A DNA stretch of 64,000 nucleotides from Paramoeba atlantica (lineage: Eukaryota > Protista > Discosea). How positions within the stretch are numbered: the first letter of the stretch is position 1; every line of letters starts with the position of its first letter. Positions 53,211-61,862 of this stretch are shown one piece after another. The stretch is taken from NCBI GenBank assembly GCA_977017575.1, contig CDRNVI010000024.1, positions 186,001-250,000 of the forward strand. The letters run 5' to 3'. A program made the translations under genes and the position numbers. The notes beneath the pieces are model-generated. The model was given only the letters and a program-made list of their open reading frames with translations. It did not search any database and had not been told where the DNA came from.

Positions 53211-56200
53211 TTAGGCTTCCTTCGTGACTTTTATGAGACTTCTAGGGGGCGTTACCATTTTCAGTGCGCTGCTTAAACCGGATATGAATTCCTGACATTC
53301 AATCGTCCACTTTGTGTCGTAAAGTACTTGAAGCAGTACAGAAATACTGCTTTGAACAATGCAAAGCTCCGAATGCATCAGCATCTTAGAGCCCTCTCTA
53401 GTAGAACTTTCGCTCAGACGGGAGGTCGACTCACATAGGCTTATCATTTGCTTGAGAAATTCACTAATCATCGAACCTGAATTGCACAAAATGGAGCATC
53501 GCTCTATCCACTCCGGTTTCTCAAAGATTGGGGAATTTTGTGTAAAAGACCACTTTTTTAGAAGCGCGTCAACGAGTTTCTCCAATAGTGCCACTAACAG
53601 AAGAGTTACTCCTTTTCCCTCGACAAGACGATTCAGAATAGGGATTCTTGCCGAGGTTTGCAGAATCTGACAGGCGACCTGCACAAACGGAGTTACAGAC
53701 TCCCCCGTTGGTGTTGCCTTTTCGAGAAAATCGAATGTGCGATCAATGAAATGAAATACATGAGCCAAAATACGCTCCACAAGAACTTGGTGCTTTGCGA
53801 CATCCTTTTTGCACACCATACGAAGAGCGAGATGGTAGATATGCATGAGATGGACTTGTTCGTGCGAGAACCCGTATGTGCTGGAGAGTTCACCTAAAAG
53901 ATTGGCGTGAAACTTTGGAGACGCAAGAAGCTGTCGCCACAAGTGTATTGCAAGGGGAACACTACGAGGAGAGCACAACAGCGGGATGCTGTACCCGACA
54001 AATGTGGTCGAAAAAGGTGAAAATCGATCACATTCACGCAACATACCACTGGCAAGCCAGGAGAGTATGTACCGCATCCATTTACTGGGAGTGCTTAGCG
54101 AAATTTTTTGCAGCGTCGCGTGGCACATCATGCGACTATCTTTTTGCAAACACTGCAGCCCGAGGACAAGAAGGCCTAACCAGAAGAGTGAACTTGAGTT
54201 TGCAAGACTGTGAGTTGTGTGTTTTATGTGACGCAGAGAGGCATACAAGCAGGGGTGCACAGTACGAAGGTCTAGTACGGTAGAGTTGATATCCCTTTTT
54301 CCGAACCGCGTAGCACTTGGTTTGCAGCCCGAAGAGGTAAAAGAGGGAAATGAGATAGGCCGTGTCAACCACTGCAAAGCGAGATCGTACTGGTGTAACG
54401 TTTTCTCTAGAATAGAATTTCCCCATAGAAAGGAAATTCGATCTGTGAAAGAGATGTGATCGAAAGAATTGAGTTGTATGGAAGCAACAAGGGCACATAG
54501 GATGCTTATAGTGCTGGCTTGGCTGCAGTCCTTTTGGTGCTCCATGTCGCTGAAATGTGGCTTGGGCTCGATACAGTTTGAGGATAAAGAACTTACCAGA
54601 AAGGGTTCGCTGGTAACTTTTTCCAGACACTTCAACGTAAGCAGATCGAGAGGAGACGTAGAAAACGAGTAGGAGCTGCCAAGCCACTGTGATAGTACTC
54701 CAATACTTTGGATATATAGAGTCGTGTGAGAATCGGACGGAGCTTGTTGCGCTTCAGATGCAAAGGCATCTTTTACGTACTTGATAAGTAGTTCAAGACA
54801 GTCTTCTACCAATAGTAAGAAAGAAAACCGTAGGCCCCACTCTAGTGATATACTTTCTATGTCATCGGAGGGCAAGAGGGCATGCGGACCTCGCTGAATA
54901 AAGCTATTCGGAAATGTGGGAAGAGACAAGTTGACTCCTGCATGGGCTTGCGGGATTGATAAGGATAAATTCTTTACCAGGCACATGGCCACGCTCCTCA
55001 ATACTTTCTTTGAAGACCTCGTTGATAACTGACTTACAGTATGAAAAAGCACGTATATCATCCGTCGTAGAGTTAATATTGTCGCAACTTCATCAAGAGG
55101 CAGCTCGAGAACTTTTTCACAGAAGAGAGTTTCCAGTTCTTGACCAAGACATGAACTTTTTTCTACCGCACTAATATCCCAAAAATCATCAAGTACGTCA
55201 GACACGAAATACTCAAACACCTTTTGTGAATTCCAACACGCGTCATACAATGGCTTCCATGGTACTGAATTTTCTGTCTTTGTTGCTCTTTCTTGAAAAC
55301 AAGACGGGATGGTAACGGGTTCAAGATTCAAAGGGTCACCACTGATTGCACCGCTATCATTCTTAGTCTTCAATTCGGTATCCATAGTTACATTATGCAT
55401 GTGTGTTGTCTTTCCCAATTTCATGCTGCGCAAAAACATGGTGAATGCTTCTTCAGAAGTGTATGCACGTTTATGCTTCAGCGCATACCTTCCTGTTGCA
55501 TATAAGACACCTTTCTCCCACGTATAATTTCGTTTGGCGTTCAAGTTCTCCAAAGAAAATAAATTTTCTGATGTAAAGAGTTCCTTAAGCAGTGCAGAGA
55601 CAAGTGTTGGAACTTTTTCATTCAAAAACAACGGTGCCAGTTGTTTTGCTTCTCGAATAGATAGTTTCAGGCTTCCTTGAAATGCGCTACCCGCTATTAA
55701 CATTTCACAGCTCTGTGATGCGACTGCAGCATGGCCCTCAAGAGTCCGGAGGAAAGAGAAAATGTGTACCAAAAAGATCTCCAAAACATCTTCAGGCAGC
55801 TTTGCGGCCTTGCACATGAAATGCGATGAGGTAATTGTATTCGCATGAATGACAAAATTTGGGCTACTCATAACCAAACCAACCAGTCGTCTAAGCACAG
55901 AACTTGGGACGTCTGAAGTTTGGGTCATCAGAACATCGAGATCCTTAACGTATGAGTATAGCGCTCCTCCGTAACACTCTTCAAGAAGGTCACATGAGGA
56001 GAGAAGGAATTCGTACTCGAACTGTGTCCTTTCTTTGTCATCCGTGGAAACATCATGTGAACACAGTGTTTTAAGCAATTGACTTCGATGAGATATTAAG
56101 GAAGAGGAAGAAGGAAGCCAAGCAAGTGCATGCCTGCGTAGCAACAATGAGAACCGTCTCGAAATAGTGTTATTGTTACAGAAGTATTCTTCTACTTTAC

Positions 56201-57491
56201 TGATTCTTTTTGACACAATCGTCAAAAGATTTAAAATGCCCAATCGAGTGAGGGAGATACTTTCTTTGTTCATAGGGTCAATCGAGTCCTTCCGGTCAAT
56301 AAGTAGAGCGTTCAGTGCATGCTTTAGATCAGCTCCCAGAGTGGCCGTTAGCAGGTCTTTTACCGTGTAGGATGCTAAACGTTCAGGAATTTTACCAATC
56401 TGATATATCCGCCCCAAAGCGTGAAGGAGTAAGAAAATAGTATCCTGATGAGTTGAGTGAATATCTTGCCAGTCTCCAAAATTAGTTTTCTCTCTCCAAA
56501 TATGAATTCTTCGCACTACTTTATTGATCGCTATGAGAAAAGAAGCATGATCCAAGCTGACGATGTACTCAAGTAAATGAAGGTGATGTAATGAGCGCCA
56601 TGGTGCAAGGAGTTCTACCATGCCCTGTAGAAAAACACGGATAGGTGTGACGTTACCGAATTCAACCTGACTTTGTAAAGTTACATAGTGAAGAAGCTCC
56701 CATAAAAATCCTGTAAATTCATAGTGTTTTTCTGCCGCAAACGAGAGTCCACCCAAAGCGCTGGAGAGAAAAGTCAATTTGTCATGCAAGTTAAACTCTG
56801 AATTGCTAAAAATAAGATCTCGTAGAGTACCTAGTACTGAGTCCCTGCTCTCGCTTGTGTCTTTGTGCACGAATTGACAAAGCAGCTTAGGTAGAGAGGG
56901 GCAGAGCCTAAAACCAAAATGCCTGACGTCATTGTGCGGAGCTTGCAGATAACTTAAAAGAAATTGAACACACCTTTTTCGAAGCAATCTCCTACAACGA
57001 GATTTATCTTTTACGGGATCTGTGTTGCACCATGTTCTGTTGTCGAAAGGAAGTATTAACCGATGAAGCAAACTGGAACCATTTATTCGGTTTAAAACCG
57101 TAAGCAGCAGCAACGTGACACTAAGAAAAGAAATCTGAGAATCATTGATTCCCGAATCCGAAAGATCAAGTGCGTCTTTGAAAACAAGACGAAGACGAGA
57201 AACCACGTGCGGTACAATCAGCCATGTTCTGTTCCATTCGGCGTGTAGTAAAACAGCGCCCAGACCTTCAAACACAAGAGATAAAAAAGCGAACCGTTCA
57301 GGTTCCAACTTAGCCAAAGTACCACTTTGATAAGAAACGAGGTCTAGTACGCAATTCAACTCCGGGTCTTGCGAAATATACTCATCGGCAAAGTAAGGTT
57401 CTTGAGCTGATTTATTTATCAATATGTCAAGTCCACTACGTGTGGTCGCCAAATGCTCGCTCTGTAAATATCCCACAAGAGAGCTTGCCAT
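53211..57491 (-). CDS. URB1: URB1/Npa1-like nucleolar pre-ribosomal protein
   Basis: 1426-aa helical protein. VQFLLSYL..D....VL.TL..I resembles Npa1; GLL.LGL..R....L..RF...F....L..P resembles the NopRA1 C-terminal domain. Confidence 0.6.
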   Translation of the reverse strand: MASSLVGYLQSEHLATTRSGLDILINKSAQEPYFADEYISQDPELNCVLDLVSYQSGTLAKLEPERFAFLSLVFEGLGAVLLHAEWNRTWLIVPHVVSRLRLVFKDALDLSDSGINDSQISFLSVTLLLLTVLNRINGSSLLHRLILPFDNRTWCNTDPVKDKSRCRRLLRKRCVQFLLSYLQAPHNDVRHFGFRLCPSLPKLLCQFVHKDTSESRDSVLGTLRDLIFSNSEFNLHDKLTFLSSALGGLSFAAEKHYEFTGFLWELLHYVTLQSQVEFGNVTPIRVFLQGMVELLAPWRSLHHLHLLEYIVSLDHASFLIAINKVVRRIHIWREKTNFGDWQDIHSTHQDTIFLLLHALGRIYQIGKIPERLASYTVKDLLTATLGADLKHALNALLIDRKDSIDPMNKESISLTRLGILNLLTIVSKRISKVEEYFCNNNTISRRFSLLLRRHALAWLPSSSSLISHRSQLLKTLCSHDVSTDDKERTQFEYEFLLSSCDLLEECYGGALYSYVKDLDVLMTQTSDVPSSVLRRLVGLVMSSPNFVIHANTITSSHFMCKAAKLPEDVLEIFLVHIFSFLRTLEGHAAVASQSCEMLIAGSAFQGSLKLSIREAKQLAPLFLNEKVPTLVSALLKELFTSENLFSLENLNAKRNYTWEKGVLYATGRYALKHKRAYTSEEAFTMFLRSMKLGKTTHMHNVTMDTELKTKNDSGAISGDPLNLEPVTIPSCFQERATKTENSVPWKPLYDACWNSQKVFEYFVSDVLDDFWDISAVEKSSCLGQELETLFCEKVLELPLDEVATILTLRRMIYVLFHTVSQLSTRSSKKVLRSVAMCLVKNLSLSIPQAHAGVNLSLPTFPNSFIQRGPHALLPSDDIESISLEWGLRFSFLLLVEDCLELLIKYVKDAFASEAQQAPSDSHTTLYIQSIGVLSQWLGSSYSFSTSPLDLLTLKCLEKVTSEPFLVSSLSSNCIEPKPHFSDMEHQKDCSQASTISILCALVASIQLNSFDHISFTDRISFLWGNSILEKTLHQYDLALQWLTRPISFPSFTSSGCKPSATRFGKRDINSTVLDLRTVHPCLYASLRHIKHTTHSLANSSSLFWLGLLVLGLQCLQKDSRMMCHATLQKISLSTPSKWMRYILSWLASGMLRECDRFSPFSTTFVGYSIPLLCSPRSVPLAIHLWRQLLASPKFHANLLGELSSTYGFSHEQVHLMHIYHLALRMVCKKDVAKHQVLVERILAHVFHFIDRTFDFLEKATPTGESVTPFVQVACQILQTSARIPILNRLVEGKGVTLLLVALLEKLVDALLKKWSFTQNSPIFEKPEWIERCSILCNSGSMISEFLKQMISLCESTSRLSESSTREGSKMLMHSELCIVQSSISVLLQVLYDTKWTIECQEFISGLSSALKMVTPPRSLIKVTKEA

Positions 57492-58128
57492 TAGACCAAA
57501 TCAGATGAACGTTTACAGTGGGCTTTGTGTTTTGCACTTACAGAAAGATTTCTGTTTTAGTTAACGTGGGAAGAAAGTAATGCATGACATAGCGATGCTA
57601 AGAAAAAGTCAGTGATGAAAGGGCTTTCCTATTGTAAAGTTTGTAAAACCTTGTAGTGCATAATAACTTGGTTGAAAAACGCTTGATTGTTCACGAACGT
57701 GAACCAATCCGAAGAAAAAATATGTAGAACAATATAATAAAAATTTATAATAAATTTTTCGTTTTGGATATTTTTCGTTTTGTATGTTCCTATAATACTA
57801 TAGTTTCCATTATAACTCAATTCACATATAGTTCGATTCTACATATAATTCGAATTACTAATGCACGCTTCCGGGAGTCTGTATGCATAGGTAAAAAAAT
57901 ACATTAAAAGAGACAAACTGAAATACTTGCATATCGGCACTACGTTTGTCGAATATGCATGCCCGTAATACCCCGCGAGTGAAACGTTTCTCGTCTACCA
58001 CGCGCTTGGATCTTACAGGATACACAAAATCTACATAAAGCATGTTGTGGTTCCCCAAGAGACACAGTGGAGTATCAATGTGCTAGATCAATGTGCAAGA
58101 TTGGTTTATAATGCGTTATCATGATAGA

Positions 58129-60456
58129 TCAAACCAAAATTGTTTTGTTCTGACCTATCTGTGCCTCAATATCATTTCCCCTCAAATCTATCTCATGAAG
58201 TGTCTGAGGAATCGAAAGAAAAGTTGGCATGCTTGAAAGCTTGTTATGGCTCAAAGTTAAGTTCTCTAGTTTAGGGGGTAAAGTAATTTCTTTGGAGATG
58301 TCAGAAATTCGATTGTGATCCAGCTCAATGACCTGCATGTCGGTGGGCATTGCGTCCCAATTTGAGATGGTATCGAGATGGTTGTGACTTGCACGGAGTT
58401 CCTTTAGATTTCTCGGCAGGTTAGAAAAGTCAAGACTTCTAGAAAATGAATTGTGAGAAAGAGTAAGATTGCTTAGCGATAAAGAAAGGTTGGAAGTTTC
58501 AAGAACGCCGGAAAACTGATTGTTCGCCAGATTCAAGGTTCGTAAAAGTGAAGGAAGATGAGCTAATGTAACAGGACCAGTGAAGTTGTTGCGTTGCACT
58601 AATAGTTCTGTCAAACGGCTGGCGTATGGAATGCTGTGAAGATGTACTTCATCTATAAACTGGTTTCCGCTGAGATTTAAGTTTGTTAGAGTAATCGGGA
58701 GGTTAGAAAAAGAAAGCTTCCCACCAAGTCGATTGTTATGAAGCTGCAGAAATATAATTTCCGTCGGCAGTTGCGAGAAATCAAGCGTCCCCGTAAATAA
58801 ATTATCGTTTAAGTGCACGTACTTCAAACTTCGTGGAAGCTGTTCCAGGGAAAGGGCATCTGAAAGTTCATTCAAGCCTAACGATAAGTAGTAAATATTG
58901 TTTGGGAGTGCAGATAGGTCTACGGAACCATTGAACCTATTTCTACTCAGTCGAAGCTTGCGTAGCGTAGGTGTCAAACAATGAAACTTAAGCTGTCCAG
59001 TAAATGAGTTATTGGCTAGATCCAAATATTCAAGATTAGGAAGTTTAAACTCGAGTCGGACGTCACCAATCAAGTTATTATCTTGCAAGTAAAGGCTCTT
59101 CAGTGTGTTCGGAAGTTGGGAAAGATAGATATTAGAATCAAAGCAGTTTTCGCCAAGGTCTACGTCTTCAATGCCATGAGGAAGATGAGACAAATGAATG
59201 GATCCAGAAAAGCGATTTGCTGACAAGTTCAGAATAATCAAAGACTGCGGTAGCATCGTAAGATCCACGTTCCCGCTAAATTTGTTATCATTTAGATAGA
59301 GATATAGCAAGGAATCGGGAAGTGTTGTCAGATCCCAGTTTCCAGTGAATGTGTTGTTATCAAGACCAATCTCAACGAAGCCGGAATACGGATGCACAAC
59401 TCCAATCATCTCAGAAAACGTATTGTTCGAGAGTCGTAAAATTTCCAAATTTTGGAAAGGGGGATTAAAATCAATTGAACCCGTAAATCGATTGGTGGAT
59501 AAATCAATTGCCTTGACTGTAGGAGGGAAGTTAGCACCAAGTTGCAACGAACCAGACAATGCATTATCTGAGAGCATCAGATGGTGTAAATCAGGTGGGA
59601 GATTTGCGACGTGCAGGTCACCATAAAAATGATTGTGCCCCGCTTCAATGCCCCTTAGATGAGGGGACAGTGTATCAAGTTGAATCTTTCCAGAAAGTTT
59701 ATTATGGGACACATCAATAGCATGAAGACCAAGAGGGAGATGAGGAAAATCTGCTTCACCTTCAAACAAATTTTTTCTTGCCCTAAATTGACGTAAACTT
59801 GATGGAAGGGCGTCAAACGGCAGTGTACCAGAAAATAAATTTTTTTGAATGAAAAGATTCTGAAGCGACGACGGTAAAGCATGAAAATCAAGTGTTCCAT
59901 TCAGATTGTTGCTGTTAAGCTGAAGAGTATGCAAATGAATCCACGTGTTTGGAAATGTAATTTCACCGGAGAAATTGTTGCAGGACACGTTTATAAACAC
60001 CATGCTGGCAGGAGCGGCTTCAAGGTATAGTGAACCACCAAAACAGTTGTTTGGTATATTCAAGTGCGTGATGGACGGAGGTAGGTTGTTGAGAGGGAAA
60101 TTCCCTGACAATCGATTTCCAGACAGATCGAGTTCTTGAAGACCGATGGGAAGATACTCTGTTTGAAGTGTACCACTTAGGCCCATCCCGGGCCACTTAA
60201 TATCAAGTACGTTGACGTTCCCCCCACATACCACTCCTTGCCACTGAGAAAGAGAAATATGTGTGCTCCACGACTCATGTCTTTGGGAGACGTTCTTAAG
60301 AAGTCGGTCGAGATCATATTCCTCAGGAAGGCGCTGCCCTCCGATTCGTCCATGAGGTGATGTGAATCGTAGCGCATTAGAAGAGTTTGTACGTGCCGTT
60401 CTACGCCTCTTATGAGGCGGTGCGGTACCTTCATCAAGTAGATGAGACAATTGCAT
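58129..60456 (-). CDS. Long LRR protein (23-aa repeat family, about 29 repeats)
   Basis: Cap GGQRLPEEYDLDRL..W..SQWQGVVC, then continuous LRRs; no TM or kinase domain. Confidence 0.93.
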   Translation of the reverse strand: MQLSHLLDEGTAPPHKRRRTARTNSSNALRFTSPHGRIGGQRLPEEYDLDRLLKNVSQRHESWSTHISLSQWQGVVCGGNVNVLDIKWPGMGLSGTLQTEYLPIGLQELDLSGNRLSGNFPLNNLPPSITHLNIPNNCFGGSLYLEAAPASMVFINVSCNNFSGEITFPNTWIHLHTLQLNSNNLNGTLDFHALPSSLQNLFIQKNLFSGTLPFDALPSSLRQFRARKNLFEGEADFPHLPLGLHAIDVSHNKLSGKIQLDTLSPHLRGIEAGHNHFYGDLHVANLPPDLHHLMLSDNALSGSLQLGANFPPTVKAIDLSTNRFTGSIDFNPPFQNLEILRLSNNTFSEMIGVVHPYSGFVEIGLDNNTFTGNWDLTTLPDSLLYLYLNDNKFSGNVDLTMLPQSLIILNLSANRFSGSIHLSHLPHGIEDVDLGENCFDSNIYLSQLPNTLKSLYLQDNNLIGDVRLEFKLPNLEYLDLANNSFTGQLKFHCLTPTLRKLRLSRNRFNGSVDLSALPNNIYYLSLGLNELSDALSLEQLPRSLKYVHLNDNLFTGTLDFSQLPTEIIFLQLHNNRLGGKLSFSNLPITLTNLNLSGNQFIDEVHLHSIPYASRLTELLVQRNNFTGPVTLAHLPSLLRTLNLANNQFSGVLETSNLSLSLSNLTLSHNSFSRSLDFSNLPRNLKELRASHNHLDTISNWDAMPTDMQVIELDHNRISDISKEITLPPKLENLTLSHNKLSSMPTFLSIPQTLHEIDLRGNDIEAQIGQNKTILV

Positions 60457-60759
60457 AGAGCTCGGAATCTATTAGGAGATGGATTGAAGAATGATCCTGA
60501 TACAAAAATCAAGAGAGGGTGAGTAGGGATTGATTCAATGTACATAGTCAATACAATGTACATAAAGATTCGTATCTTATACTCAATGCACACACTTAGA
60601 AGTCTGCCCACCCAACGAGAGGTTCCTTCTAGGTAGGACTCGCCTAGCTAGCAAGGTAGCTAGTCACCACATGATGATTACAGCGGTTCGTGCCGTTTTC
60701 CTCCACAAATGTAGACGACATGCCGCAGTTTAATCTTTTTTCCTATCACCGTTTCCCCC

Positions 60760-61680
60760 ATCGTCGTCCCCTTATTCAGATCTCCTCATTCCCCATTTTC
60801 ACTTTTTTGCAACACCGTTTCCTGTTTTTCGCGGGTCCCGTTCTCTTCCTTCCCCCCCACTGGGGCGGGCTTTCGTCGTAACCTACGACTTCGTTTCTCC
60901 AGCTCCCGGGCATCCGCGGCCTCTCGTTCCTCCGCGGTAGGCACCACTCGTGCGTTGTGTGTAACCGTGGCGACCTCTCCGAAATCCGCCCTTTTCTGTT
61001 GCTGTCGTCGCTCTACTGCACTCTCCACGGTAGTCAGTTTCGCCTCCCGACTTTGCCGTATCGAGGCGTCTTGTATGGGTTCAGGAAACCACGGGTAGGC
61101 GAGATAAACCACCGAACAAGATTGTAATTGTGGTGAATGGACCACCCTTTCGTCTCTATCCCGTAGCCCCGAACGACTCCCGACTTCACCCTCCATCGCC
61201 ATGGCAAGCAGTTTGTTTTTCACCAATCCATTCTCCACAGTGCGTAGACGCCAGCGCATGGTAACTTGAGGCTCGAGCTTTTCCTTTTGATTTTCTATAT
61301 TTCTATTGTTTATTTGTTTCGTTTTTGAATCTAATGTTTTTGAATCTAATGTTTTAATATTTACTTGTGTGTTGTATTCAGCGATGGGATGCGAATCGTT
61401 GAGAAGTTCAAGGGTAGGGGGGGACCGGGAGGGGAAGGAGAGACGCAGGGGAGGGGAGGGATGGGGTGGAGGTCCGTCGTCGTCCATAAAGGCCACCAGA
61501 GCGTTGGGGTTGTGTAGGAAAAGGAGAGGGGAGGGAGAGGCCATGAGAGGGGGGAAGGGGAGACGAAGAATACAGGAAAGGAAGGAGGATAAAATGGAGA
61601 GAAAGGGTGTGAGAGGGCGTGGAAGATTGAGAGAAGAAGAGAGGAGAGATGAGGGAACTTGGGGATAAAAAAGGAAGTGT
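60760..61680. other. C-to-G skew-switch island with AT-rich centre (61280-61380)
   Basis: C/T-rich left arm; G/A-rich right arm extends past the ATG into the intergenic region. Confidence 0.8.
60786..61544 (-). CDS. Hypothetical protein
   Basis: 252-aa ATG ORF on the gene strand; low-complexity ends, charged C-terminal helix. Confidence 0.55.
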   Translation of the reverse strand: MASPSPLLFLHNPNALVAFMDDDGPPPHPSPPLRLSFPSRSPPTLELLNDSHPIAEYNTQVNIKTLDSKTLDSKTKQINNRNIENQKEKLEPQVTMRWRLRTVENGLVKNKLLAMAMEGEVGSRSGLRDRDERVVHSPQLQSCSVVYLAYPWFPEPIQDASIRQSREAKLTTVESAVERRQQQKRADFGEVATVTHNARVVPTAEEREAADARELEKRSRRLRRKPAPVGGKEENGTREKQETVLQKSENGE

Positions 61681-61862
61681 GGGTCACTAAGCTAAAAACG
61701 CAAGATGAGAAGCTAAGATAAAAAGAAATGGGGATCGTTGTTCGTTTTCCTATAGTGTCTGATACAGACGTGTTTTTTTGACTGAGATGGAAACCTTTTT
61801 TCCTTTTTTCTGAAGTCTATTTTCGTATACAGTGTATTCAGTATCTTTTGCGATGCCGTACA

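Noticed and set aside
60177-60611. 144-aa minus ORF overlapping the long LRR start
   Set aside because: Out-of-frame overlap with a well-supported CDS; no motifs.
61321-61355. 15-bp tandem GTTTTTGAATCTAAT x2
   Set aside because: Simple in-frame slippage (LDSKT x2); no wider significance visible.
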